A stretch of DNA of 64,000 nucleotides from Gonapodya sp. JEL0774 (taxonomy: Eukaryota): NCBI GenBank assembly GCA_027604505.1, contig JADIIX010000014.1:62001-126000 (forward strand). Reading direction: 5' to 3'. Within the stretch, counting starts at the first letter, position 1, and every line of letters begins with the position of its first letter. Shown piece after piece: positions 46,304-59,318 of this stretch. Made by a program: the position numbers and the translations under genes. The notes under the pieces were generated by a model, which saw only the letters and a list, made by a program, of their open reading frames with translations, did not search any database and was not told the origin of the DNA.

Positions 46304-49300
46304 ATGTCCACCAGGAGCATCTTGTCTTTGGCGCACGAATACATCGCGCTCGATAAGGTGATTACGTGCTTATTCATCACTCTGTAAGAAGTCGGGACTC
46401 GCGCGCATTCTACTGAGTCTTCGTGACGACATCGTGGGGTTCTCAAATTGATATTTCTCGTCCGGCATCCTCGTAATCTTCACCTTCCCACTAAATCGCT
46501 CAAAGAATCCGTCGAATCGCGCTGACATTCAAAGCCATCTGGACTCGGGAGACACAAGGTATCTCGAGGATGTGCTCAGGAACCGCCTGCAATTTGGAAC
46601 CGCGGGTGAGAACCCCCCTAGAGCTCCACATCAAAGAAACATCCCTCACACGCTCACGAAAATATCGTGCTTGTGCTGAATTAAATTTCAGGCCTTCGCG
46701 CTGCGATGGGATCTGGATACTCGCGAATGAACGGTAACTTTCCCAGATTCCAACTATCGCAAAGCTAGAGCTTCACCTCGCTCAATTGCGACCTCATCTA
46801 CTCGCAACCTACTCCCGCCTTCTCTCAGATCTCACCGTCATTCAATCTACCCAAGGCCTCGCCTCGTACCTCCTCTCTCTCCCACCTGCTTCTTCCTCCT
46901 CCCCACGAACGGTCGTCATTGGCCACGACCACCGCCACAACTCGTTCCGCTTTGCTCGTCTCACCGCAGCGTGCTTCTTGTATAGGGGTTTTAAGGTGCT
47001 CTGGTTCGGTGATGGCATGACTCCTCAGCTCGTGCACACTCCCTTGGTGCCGTTTACGGTCATGAAAAGAAGTGCGGACGCTGGTACGTTTCCACACCTC
47101 TTCATCGTGCAGATTTTTGGCGCGAGCGGTGTTCGTGCAGGGAGAGCATACCGGTCAATTCATCGGGTCAAAGTATTTCGGGAAATCATCCGGAGCCACC
47201 ACGATTCGTTTAATGCTCCGACATTTCCTCTTCAGTCATTGCGCATCACTGGCTCTCTCATACTTAACTATCGCTTCTCTCACCGCATCGCCCAGGCATC
47301 ATGATCACCGCTTCCCACAACCCCGCCGCCGACAACGGCTACAAGCTCTACGCCTCCAATGCCTGCCAAATCATCTCTCCAGTTGACGCCCACGTCTCTC
47401 GTGAGATCCTTGAGAACCTTGTTCCGTGGGAACGTGAGGTGGATAACGGCTCCGCCTCTACTCTCAACGGTCACAAACACGAGCCGGGTCCATTGCCATT
47501 CGCGAGTGTTTGGGATGAGACTCGGGTGGCGGCGGAGTTGGCGAGGGGTGAAGATAATGCCTGGGTAGAGAACGCGTTTGAGGAATCCGTGAACGGGTAC
47601 TTTGCAAAAGTCGCAGAGCTGTGTGCAAAGCCGTGAGTGCTTTTGGCCTTTCCCTTCGCTCTCCCCATCTGCTCACCTCGACCAAACGTTAGCAAAGCCA
47701 ATTCTAACCCTCCTTCCACCCTCTCGCTCACCTATACGCCTATGCATGGCGTCGGGTCTCCATTCGCGCTCCGCGCCCTGTCCACCTTCTCCTTCCCTGT
47801 CTCCGCCTCCTTCCCCAACCTCGTTCCGCTTCAGGACTCCCCAGATCCTGATTTCTCCACAGTAGCTTACCCCAATCCCGAGGAGGGAAAGGGGGCACTG
47901 AAGTTGGCTATGGATGTGGCGGACAGGGTAGGCGGACAGAGGAGGTACATTGTGGCGAATGATCCGGACGCAGATAGGTTGGCCGTGGCGGAAAGGAGGG
48001 GTGAAGAGTGGGTTGTTTACAGTGGGAATCAGATTGGTGAGTGTAATCCCAGTTGATCAAAATGGTCATGTCGTGAATCGTTTTGCTCTCAAATTGTTGT
48101 CTAGGGTGTATGCTTGCCGCCTATAGTTTGGAGAAGTGGCGGGAACGAAACACTGCTGCTGCTACCTCGAACAGTGAGTTTGTTACCGCGTGCAAAATCT
48201 CTTTGAGCTTCCAATCCATTTGTTCCACTTTCTCTCGTCTCCGAACTTCAAGTCCCCGCTTTCCTCGCCACCGCTGTCTCCTCTCGGCTACTGTCACAAC
48301 TCTGCCTTGTCGAACGGGTAGAGTACCACGAAACCCTCACGGGGTTTAAATGGATAGGCAACCGTGCAGCTGAATTGCAAGCTTCTAACAGGGAGATTGC
48401 GTTCGCGTACGAGGAAGCTATTGGATTCATGTGCGGTGGTGGTTTTGTGAGGGACAAGGTGGGTTATCCCATGGAAAACGGTAAAGTTTGGTGGACAGAA
48501 GTGAACTGAGACGAGAAGTTTTTCATCGATAACTGATGACCACTGTTCATGATAGGATGGTGTGTCGGCACTGGCTGTCTTTGCAGAACTCGCCGTGCAA
48601 CTGGAGAACAAGGGTATGGGGGCTGGGGACTACCTGGACAGCATTTATGAAAAGTAAGCCGAACTATTGATACTCCATATACGCGATACTCAGCTGAGAC
48701 TGTACTTTTTGCGCTGAATCATCCACTAGATATGGAGATTTTGTGTCCGAAACGTCATACTTCATCTGCCGAGACCCGGCAAAAATGGCTTTGATATGTG
48801 ACCGCATGAGATTTGGAGGGGAAGTGAGGGATTGGATACAGGGGGGTCAGAAGGTTCGTCTTTGCTTGCTGTTGAAAGTTGTTAACTCCAGAATCTCAAC
48901 CAGTGTCGTGATTACTTCCAGATACCTCGTATACGTGCCTATCCAAGCACTATCACCGCGCCTTCCCGCCCTGATCTCCCACTTACTGTCACCCGTGTCC
49001 GGGATCTCACGGAACCCTACGATTCCGCCTCCCCTCCACCCGCTTACCTTCCCACCCTACCTACATCGCGCTCCTCTCAAATGATTACATTTGGGCTTTC
49101 CGCCCCGGGCGGACTCACAGGATGGGTCACGCTTCGCACGAGCGGGACCGAGCCTAAAATGAAGTACTATGTTGAAGGTTGGGGTGAGGCTGCAAGAGCC
49201 GAAGATAAAAGAGAAGCTGGGAAGAAGATCGTGGTGGATTTTGTGGGCGTTATGGTCGAAGCGGTAAGGGAGGATCTGGTGCGGTGGAGAGAGTGGGGAA

Positions 49301-49323
49301 TCGACGACAGGCCGAAAGATTGA
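46304..49323 (+). CDS. PGM2: Phosphoglucomutase/phosphopentomutase, PGM2/Pgm3(Prm15)-type, multi-exon
   Basis: [15 protein letters not shown] (phospho-Ser), [46 protein letters not shown] and [12 protein letters not shown]. Confidence 0.93.
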
Positions 49324-50205
49324 GATTTGCGTACCGAAGACCAACTAGACATTTGAATTGGTACATACTCAGTGGGATGTCGGATCCCTCATCTCCAAAA
49401 TAATAAAATAGTGACACGACTGATTGTGACTTCTCGTGCCCCAGCAACTTCAAAGCTGACAATTATCACCATTATCAATCACATTATCAAGAACAAAATA
49501 CAGTGTGTCCGCATATTCTGAGGTTTTGCTGTCCGAGCCCCTAAATATGGTGCATGTTGGACGATATGTGAATTTGCTAAGTGCTCTTCATGTTCATGCA
49601 TATTATTGCTCTGTCAACGTTTTAACCAGGAATAAACCCCTGAATGCTACGTGCCGTATGATAGCAATGAACCACATTTTCATCTCTGCTATTGGGCTTA
49701 CAGTCACTGAGCGGAGAACCCCTATGGAGCTCCCGCATGGCATTGGACAACAGAACAGAACAGATTCTACCAGTCCACATGCGCTTCACCCAACCCAATA
49801 GCACCCAGAAACCTTGCTGTCCAGCTCATTGAAGAATGTAGTTCCTCACCGCTGCAAGATGCTTCTCATTGTTGGACTGCCGAAAGAATCTGAATTACAG
49901 TACGCGGATGAACTGGGCGGTTTCAAAACTTGTCCTGGAGACTTTTCTTCGGAGACTTGTCTATGCGGGGTTGGCAGGATCAAGTTCTTGATGAAATAAT
50001 GTGCCACCACAAAGCCGAACCGGCACGAGCCGCGTCCCGGATTGACCTCAGGAACGAAGCACCATAACAAAATTCGGAGTTCAGCAGTTCAGCGATCCAG
50101 ACGACGCTGTTCTGAACTTCGAGTTGGTGTGTAGCGTTCCTGATATTCCGACTGTCGGTTTTCGTCTTCCTCCCAATACTTGATCCTCTTTAGCCTCCAA
50201 AGGAA

Positions 50206-52302
50206 GTGGTGATGCTGGTCAATCCAACGACGACAGGCGCTCTAGGAACTCCGTCTTCGACCTACATGCAGGGATTGAGCTTTGAAGAGACTGGGACCGT
50301 CCCGATGACCCATGGCTTGAAAAGGGACAGGGAAATCTCCGGGTCGATTGAGAGAGTGAGTTCTCCGGTTGATTCACTATCAGAGTGCCCAGTGGCTCAA
50401 ACAAAACGCCCACGAATTATTCTTGTGCGATTCCCCGTGGAATGTCGTTCGTTAGCCCCGAAAGCGCCAGCCTTCTGCAATGGAACCAAACCATCGTTCT
50501 CCTATCGCTCTGCCACCAGCGATTTCCTTTTCAGCTGGGTCACTCGCAATAGATTCTGGAGAATCCGGGATCGACATGTCAGTGTCTTCGACAAGGGAGC
50601 CGACACTTGTTCGGCACCGACGGCGGCTCTCTGCGCCCGCTGCCGATCCGTCGCTCCTCATTCGCACCGTGGAGACTCGAATCGGTAATGGCGGATACAT
50701 GGGTGTGCCACCATCCATGAATCACGCAGAGGATTTACTAGCCGGTGATATGGTTGGATACAGGCATGCTTTTGGTACCATAGGACGTGGAGCTACAGGA
50801 CACAGTGACTTCACGAGCGGAGACGAAGATATGATGGAAGTCGATGGGAGGATGGAAGGTGAGACTCTCCAGAGCGCGCTTGATTGGACATTGTGTGGGA
50901 GCAACACCGACATAAATCGGGATTATCGGGTAATGTTGGACGTGATGGAAGAAACATGCAGTAAATCGTATGAACAATCAGGGTGTTTTCCATGTGGGCG
51001 ATTATTTGTGTGATTCACTTACAAATCTTCTTCTTCTCACTCGCAGCACCTGACGCCTCTGCGCCTGAACCACCCCGATTCGCTTTTAACGTTGAGAGCG
51101 TGGACCCTTCCACAGCTCACGAGCTTCTTAATCCCATATATCCTACCTTATCCCGCTTTCACCTCTCCTCCGAGTCCCATCAGACCCCATCCCTCGGTCG
51201 TCCCTCTCTCTCATTGAAACCAGCCTTTGCCAACCACCAACCCTCTCTCCCGCGCTCAACACCAATGTCCGGATCTGGCATGGATCTTGATGCTTCCTCA
51301 AATACCTCGACGAGCCTCTTACCCGGTAACCGGCCCCAGGCTGATTTCGTCTCCTTACCCCGCACCCGGGCACGATCGAGCAGTCCCAAGCCTCTTCCCG
51401 TACTTGCAGACACCTTTGGATGGTCACCTGTCGGTATCGGCTGGGGTATCGGCCGCTCTGCGACGCTAGAAAAGAACCGCCCCAGTGACCTCGCTGTCGA
51501 GCTCAATCAAGAGTGGATGCAAGCACACCGCCAAAGGGCTTCATCGTCTGACGAGAGCCTAGGCCGGGTATCGAACGCGTCTGGGGGCTCTGGGTCCAAC
51601 AATTCGTCGATAAACTCGTCTATTTCCAATGATGGTATGGCGCAGTCGCTTCCTCGCAGCGCCGGCGAATCAAGTCCACCGACGTCTCTCTCGCGTGCCG
51701 TCACCCAACGATCGTACACGTCTCCCGGTGGAAGATCTGGATCCCCTCCGTCACCCTATCCCACAGATGTTGATGACGATCTTGCTACTGTTGATATTGG
51801 AGTGAGTGACGAGAAGAAGAAGTTCGCCACTTTGTCGAGGAGTTGGAATAGGGGCAAGAAGGCATATGCAGTCGAGGATGACACTTTGATGGACTCTGCG
51901 AGCGTTGTGGGAGATCGCGACAATGGATCGCCCGCAATGCCGGATAGAGAACTTTGGGCTCCGGGATCCCGTCCCAGCGCACCTGCCAATGGAGGACCTG
52001 CTTTGGGCCGGGGTGACGAAGATATGGACGACAAATCTCTCGAAAGGAGATCGAGATCCGGAGGGATGACTGGGGTGCATTCTACAACCCGGCAACTCCC
52101 CGGCGGCGTCGGCGGGATCACCCCATTTCTGTCCGCCGCAGCGGCCTCGTCTGCACGGCATGTCGTCAGCGGAAGGGCGCCGATTTCGACTGTCGACATG
52201 TGGAATGCCAAGGGCGTGTATAATAACAGTAAGGACAAGGGTGTGAGCAGCAGCTGGAATTTGATTGGCGGTTTCGAAGCGATGCGAGGAAGGAAAAAGT
52301 AA
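50206..52302 (+). CDS. Hypothetical Ser/Pro-rich, probably disordered protein (start uncertain, multi-exon)
   Basis: Consecutive ORFs, including 439 aa, with GT-AG junctions; no recognisable domain. Confidence 0.55.
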
Positions 52303-52726
52303 TGACGTAGTGGAAGTGGATTGACGAGGAGCGTGTGGCGCGTGCGACATCGTGGCATGGGCGAGTGATGCTGCCGCGTGAAAAGGTGCAAATTCTGGGA
52401 CAGAAGTACGAGCATGATTCCACCTGCATATGAAATTGTATTTTGTTTTGAAAACAGATTCTTTAGCGTCGTTTCCTTCGTCAATTGTCAGGATGATTGC
52501 CGTAAGACAAGCTCTTCTAAAATGAATACAATGACTTCACAACAAGGCGATGCGGTGAGAAACGAGGGTAAAACACCCAGACAATCAACATTCAAAGAAA
52601 ATCAAAATTGCTTTTCCGGTTTCTAAACAGGAATGTTTTGGTCCCCTGTGGAAGAAGGGACTGTCCATGGTTTGGAATCCTTTTATCGCCCGTTGATGAG
52701 AAGGGAGTATCGACCAGTGAACCAGA

Positions 52727-54840
52727 ATGAAGATATGTTTCACACGGCAAATCCCGTTGCTGCCCATGGCTCTAATTATCGCATCGTTGGTTTCTTTGGC
52801 GATGCTGCCGCAATCGCCGGCGGATGTCGATGTGGAGGTTTGTTGGCCAAGGCATGATCAGCTGCCGATTCTTTCGCTCGGTCCTGCCAATCAAGCTCAC
52901 ATCTTTTGCGATGCGCACGATTGAAACATTGCCGTGCTCGTTTCGCTTTCCAAGAAACCTCCCCCATCTGCAATCACGGGTCCCGGTGATCAGGAGACCC
53001 CTCCAGCCACACAGCCGCGAGGAGCGATTTTCCTCTCCTTGCCCTGCTGGGGCGACCCAGCCACGCTCACACCATGCTTATTCGACTACAAATATCTACC
53101 GCCTCCGAGAGAACTTTTTCAGCCCTCTTCCCGGGACAAAGCAGGGCTGCGATTCATCAATACTTCGGCGCCAGGATATGAGAATCCACCCGGCTTGCAC
53201 TGGCCTAAGCGGAATATTCGCGTGCTTTACTATACTACCTGGGCAGAATATGCCACTTCGGACAGGATAAGTGCTGTTTCGGGGATAGGATACAGGGCGG
53301 GGGATGGGCGATTTTCGGTACGCGAGGTGCTCGCAGCCGCACAACATCCACACCTGGACGTCCGCTTGTGGGGCCCCGGTTTTCCAAATTATGACCCAGC
53401 CATATCTCTCCTCTCCAACATCGCTCGTAAAGGGTTGCCTGGTTTCGACTACAAGCACCTTCCCGACATCGTGTACAGTGTGGGGGTGGCTCTCATGGAC
53501 CGTTTCCCCGACGAAAGTGTCCAAATACAAGCCACAGGTGGCTGCCGAGATCGCCTCACTACGGCCGAGCTAGCTGCTCTTGTTGGCAAACCAGACTCGA
53601 GCTGTGCAGGGGAGACGGTCCGCCACGCTCAGTTCGCGGATGTGCTCACATTCCGTTCCGCGAGTGAAGTCTTTGAGGATTATTCTTGGGAGAGGTTGGA
53701 TGCTGTCGGGTTGACCAGGCCCATGTTGTGGGCACACGACCCGGACTGCGAGGACCCCACCGTGATGTAAGTAGCATGCTCAAATGCACCTTCATTTTCA
53801 TTGATACTGGCTCTCATTGAGTACTCGGAACCTCAAAATGTATTCTTTCATTCCTAAAACTGTCCCAGGTACCCTCTTCCATTCTCCCAACCACGCCAGT
53901 ATCCCGTGCAACTCTTCGGCTACTCCCCCGGTGACTCCTCTGCTGGCACACTTGAAACCGCTGTTGCTGAGGCAATCACCTCTGGGATGCTTGACGGAGT
54001 AATATTCCAGGACCAGGTGAGGAAAATGAGTAGTTTTCGGAGAAGGGAAGCTTCATCGCAGTCCCATGGGTTTGGATGATATCATGTCTCTTTAATCCGC
54101 CGGGGCTACCAAGTACTGGTTCGTGAGGTTTGCGGTCGGCATGCTACTTGTCCGTAAGAGGGCTCGGGGCGGCACATTCACACTTACTCTGTTTCTCCCT
54201 AATCCAGCCCTCCTTAGCTAACCCACCCGTCTCTACCCTACAACACCTTCCACCGGGCACCGTCGACCCCTCTGATCCCTTTCTCGCCCATGTCCAAAAC
54301 CCAACCTCCCATCTCCCTTCATCCCTCCGTTCCTCCATCCTCTGCGTCATCCCAGGTCGCCTCCTCACTCTCCGCCCACGTCTCTTTACCGCGGCCTTAC
54401 TCTCCGCTTGTGTCGTCGTTACGGACGCGCCTCCCACACGGATTCCGGAATGGCTTAACGGGGCGTCTTACATCGTGCCGAAGAAATGGTCAAGCGAACG
54501 GGTCGTGTGGGAGATCGAACAGTTGTTGGACCGTGTAGATGAAATGGCGAGGCTGGCGAGCGAAGGGTTCAGTCGAGCGAGGAGAGATTTGACGTGTCAG
54601 GTGAAGGTGGATAGAATGCTAAACCTGGTCGCAGGTGTCAGGAAGGGGGATGTGGGTCATTTGTTCATGGAAGGTTTCGCAGCAGGATGTGGAATTGGTG
54701 ATTCGTGGTGCCCGGAAGGGTTCGAGGTGGAGGAGGAAGAAGACGAAGAGCGAAGGAAAAGCGAATCTTCAACCGCTCCAGGTGGAACATCTCAGGCACG
54801 GGACAGTGAGAATGATCCATTGACAAGTGCCACATTCTGA
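52727..54840 (+). CDS. Type II membrane glycosyltransferase-like protein (Glyco_trans_1_2/CgeB-like C-terminus)
   Basis: N-terminal hydrophobic anchor; VRLWGPGFPNYD; C-terminal RLFTAALLSACVVVTD..IEQLL..MARLASEGFSRARRDLT..KVDRML. Confidence 0.6.
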
Positions 54841-55304
54841 AGGCACGTCGTGAAAGTCTTAATGAGGCAAGAGTGAGGTTGGTTGGTCAGCCGAAAGGAG
54901 CACCAGGACATGCAAACCACGAACCCATACAACACTATCCACGGGGACGTCAGCCCAACGCTGTTTATAATTTGCCCGCATTTCTACTTATATATGAACA
55001 TATTGTATAGCATCACCACGCACTATAAGTCAGGATGCACGACAAGAACACCTTGTGGTCAGAAACGTTTTCATGTCCTGTCGCTCCCGGTTTGGTGTGG
55101 ATTTCATGCGTATTCTAAACCTGTAGAACGCTGAAGAATAGAGCATGTTTTCTGAAATGGGTGGTCTTGTGTGCACAACGTAACCAGCTGGCAATATATT
55201 ATCATAACTGGTTACAATTCTTACAAGGCAGGCCGCCCTTTGACGCCGGATAACTGGGGGAAATCTTTGACGGGAAGGGGAAAACGAAGGAATACTATTC
55301 GAGG

Positions 55305-57497
55305 ATGAACGGGCAGCTTGGACATTCCCACGACCACGATGAAGGGGACCATTCTCATTCTCATGCTCACTCGCACCAGAGACTGCGAATATTTTCCAAT
55401 GGAACTGGACAGCAATCATCACGACTTTGCATTATTGTGTCTTTAACGGCGTTCGTTTTGGGGCTCCTCTCGTGGTCGTGGTCCACCTCATTGGGGAACC
55501 AGCAGGAATCTGCTGTTTCAAACTGGGAAACCTACGATGATGTCCAGAAAGAAGCGACCCTACTCTTCAAACCTCAAGACTCGCAAATCCGATACTCCCA
55601 ACGCAAAGCTTCCTTGTCATTTTCATCCCAGTCCATTGCCCCAGAAAAAAACTACATACTCGTATTCCTCCAGCAAAGCGACACTCCAGAAACCGTGGGA
55701 GCCCTATTTCGCTCTAGAGCTATTCATGTACCCCACGCATATGTTGTGGTGTTTGCAGAATTGGACGCACTCTCAGCGGACATGCACAGGATGCTGGATG
55801 AGAATGGTGTCAAAGAGGTCGTACAGGCAGTAGTTCCCACAGGATGGTGCGTAAACTGCAAAGTGATGGCTAGCAGCTGAATTTGCACAAAGGATCATGC
55901 AAGTTCAGAGGCGCCAATCAGACCGGCTCGGAGTCGACAAACAGTAGTGGTTGTGCCAGCAAAGTGGCTGAGCGAGAAAGATGGGGTAAGCCTTACTTGC
56001 TGCGGAACTGGACCAACGAACTTTTAAATATGGTCAAGCGAGGAACTCTGTGGTGTGTGGAATGTTGGACGTCAGGCACCAAATGAAATTGTCGAGATTC
56101 GGACCCCAAGGACGTCCATATTTCTCACTCACATTCGCCATACTCCTATCCCATTTGCTCGAAACTCGCGCCTTCGCCGCAGCTAGGCATCCCAACACAG
56201 CTCGCCTCAAAACTTTTCGCGAATATATGGGCCGTAAGCTCCGCAGTGAAGGAACGGAGGACGAGGACTTGACTATGGGTCTTGTACTTGTTGTGTGAGC
56301 TCTCTCATGATGCGATTATTCCTCTGGCTTACCACCGAACTTCCCCATTTTTTTCAACCGAAGAGACCCTGCCACGACGTTTTTCCAATCAGACCCTTTC
56401 GCTCACCCTGATTTGAAACGATGTCGGGATGATGGAGAGCAGTGTCTCGTTCTAGCCAGTGAGGAGAATTGGACAGTGGGCCAAGAAAAGGCACTTACTG
56501 GGAAGAGTGAGAGGTGGGTGTCACGAGCGAGTACGAAATCGGAAAGGAGGAGACGGTTACTGCAACGCTGGTCGGATGAGTAATTAGAGTAGTTATGGAG
56601 AAAAGGCGTAATGGAAGAGTCGTAGGGAGCGTGATGTTGTCGAGGCGAGCCAGAAGTTGTCGATAAAGGTGTTGCGTTGAGGAATTCGGTTCGGGTGCGA
56701 TGATCTAGAACCGGACAACAGATTCGAAATGGTCCAATCTCCATTACTCACATCACCGTAATCTCTTTTACACCTGATCTTCTCTCGCTCAATCTATTTC
56801 AATACATCACCTTACACTAGCGCCCTGTCGATTTGCTTCCAATCCCACCCTTCCATCGCCGCCTACCTCTCTCCCCTCCCATCCACCACCCCGAACCTCC
56901 TCGTGGCCACATTCCCGGCCTTTTTGACGTATCTGGACATGATTTGGGAGCTTCTCAGACCGGGTGGATGGTCACATGTGTGTAGGGAAGGGGATGGGGG
57001 AGGTGAGTGGTATGATTGGGAGATCAGGGGCGTGTGTGCGCTTGGTTTGTTGACCACGATGCGCTGGGACCTTTGAATACACCATAACTTCACAGCGCAC
57101 GCAATACACAACTATGTCGTTCATACGCTGCTAAAAGCAACAGGGCAGTCTTCTCCACTCGACCTCATCACCTTCCCTTCACATCCACCTGTTGTTCGCG
57201 TACCCGAGCCGTTTTCGGGTCCGTTGGTATCTCTGGCGCACGTTATGCTGGAAGATGTGGAGTTGACGGATGATGGGAGGGTTGTGAGGCCCGCCAGGGA
57301 GGATTTGGACCACGGTCAGGTGGGGCAAACGGTCGAGGTCGTGGGACAGGTGAGTATTGCGAAGAAAGGGCTGTTGTAATTGTGATGATGTGCTGCTCCT
57401 TCTCTTATGCAACTCTACGCCCCCTACACGAAAGTACGCTGCTCACGCTACTGTGCGTAAGAATGCACAGATGTGGTACGGAGTGCACACCGTCTAG
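55305..57497 (+). CDS. Type II membrane glycosyltransferase-like protein, paralogue of 11846-13760
   Basis: His-rich N-terminus, TM LCIIVSLTAFVLGLLSW, spliced motif LVLVVDPATTFFQSDPF, AIHNYVVH, and C-terminus VVGQYAAHATVRKNAQMWYGVHTV*. Confidence 0.6.
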
Positions 57498-58072
57498 GCA
57501 AAACTGTGAACACAAACAGAAGATATGGATCAAATCATTACGTACATCGTGAGCACGAGGACATCCACGAAGCTGAAACACAATCTGGTCCAGCTTGCTT
57601 GGCAACGCCTTCTTCACTCACCCACTCGAACTTTGACATAGTTGGTGGCCATTTTGGAGTTTCTATTTGAAGATGGCTTAGTCACGATTTGTTGTACATA
57701 ATTCCACTCATTCTAGAGGATTCCGTGGGTGCGGTAGTTATTTATGTTTTGGCTTGCGTTCAAACACCACACGAGTTGCACTGTTGGTGGCGGTGGCGGT
57801 GATGGTGGTGCGAACGAAAAGAACTCCGAGGGTGCCCGCGCGGTCAGACCCAATTGAGGGACATCTTTTGGAGAACAGACTCATGAATCAAATGAACCAG
57901 CTGGTGCTTGCCTTGAACTCGAAATGGCGTTTTGGCGCAAAATTCTAATGAATACGCCGGAGGGGGAACTTCTATCAGTGGTTTAGGTCTTATACATATG
58001 AAAGGACTCCACGTCTATAGTTAAATGACCACTACGGCCGCCGAGCCTCCTCTGTGAAGTTCGTCCGATACC

Positions 58073-59318
58073 TCAAACTGACCGCGCGACAACTCCGGGT
58101 AATGCCGCCTGTTGTTTCGCGTTCTTGATCTTCTCTTCCAGTTCCTTCACGACCTTTGCAGCCTCGTCTTGAACTTGCCTCTTCCCCCTCGATTTCTTCT
58201 CGTCTGGCTCCGCTGAGAGCGCGGCGAAGGTTGCCTTGGCACCCTCCAACTGGGCGGTCTCGAGCACCACGTCCTCCACCGCGGTTGAACCGGCGACGAA
58301 CCCAGGGAGGGGCTCTACGGGAATATCGGGGATGCATCCGACACCCTCCCAGCCTTTATCGGTGGCGAGACATATGGTACGGCCGATCGATATGGACGCC
58401 TGGAAGTGGTCGTGCCCAGCGCGCACGAACCCACACGGGTGGCCTCCACCGGCGGTGGTTTGCCCGACAACGACGGCACGTTTGAACCCTTGGAGCACGA
58501 CTGCGAGGGCTTCGGCGGCGGAGAAAGTGGACGGGCTCGTTAGGACTGGTGGCACGATACAAAGTTGGTGAGTTGGTGAGAATTTAAACACAGTTTGAGC
58601 ACCGTCACTACGCACTGTAGACTGGCTTGTTCAAGTATTTGACTCCATCCACTGTTTCCTTGGTAGATGTTGTTTTTGTTTTGTTGGCAGGCTTCCAGTA
58701 AATGGCCGTCACCGGTGTTGCGTGTTCGAAGAGATACGATTGCAAGAGGACTCCAGTCTCGCCGGCGCCACCAATGCAGCGCCGAAGGTCAATTATCAGA
58801 GCGTGAGTGTACTGGATGAGCTCAAACGCGGACCGAAGAGCACGCTCGGCGCGGGCTTGTCCAATAATCATGGAGTGCATATCGAAATAGCCGACATTTC
58901 CGTCAAGACGGCGCACAGAATAGAACCCGTTGCCGTGCAAGCCCATCATCTCGGAAAAAGCGACGTACATGGGAGGCCATTTTGATTCGTCCTCTGGGCC
59001 TTCCTCCTCCTCTTCTTCGCTTTGCTTAGCCAAGTCCTCCTCTTCCTCGATCACAGTTGGCGAAAAGGTCACTCGCAAATGCTTGTCACCGTTAACGGAA
59101 CGAACGTCCTCCGTGAGAACTTCGGCGAGCTTGGAGGAATCCTCCAACAGCTTGTCGTACTCCCCACTCGTCAATTTGCCCTTCAAAACGGCGCCGATCT
59201 GGGCCGCGATGCCGTCAAGAACGTAGTAGCGATCAAGTTTGAGAGTGAGCGTCTCCACGATTCCTTCGATCTCGGCGTGACTGAGCGGTGCAATGGGGGC
59301 AGTTGTGGTCGCGGCCAT
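58073..59318 (-). CDS. Peptidase family S41, IRBP/bacterial type (one intron ~58544-58614)
   Basis: YYV..GEYD..LTEDVRSVNGDKHLRV, RRLDGNVGY, ALIIDLRRCIGG, KPVY/ILTSPSTFSAAE (catalytic Ser), VVGQTTAGG and WEGVGCIPDI. Confidence 0.9.

Noticed and set aside
47185..47226. AAATCA, then hairpin CGGAGC/GCTCCG, then ACA in a PGM intron
   Set aside because: Pocket-to-ACA distance is too short (~11 nt) and no rRNA target was found.
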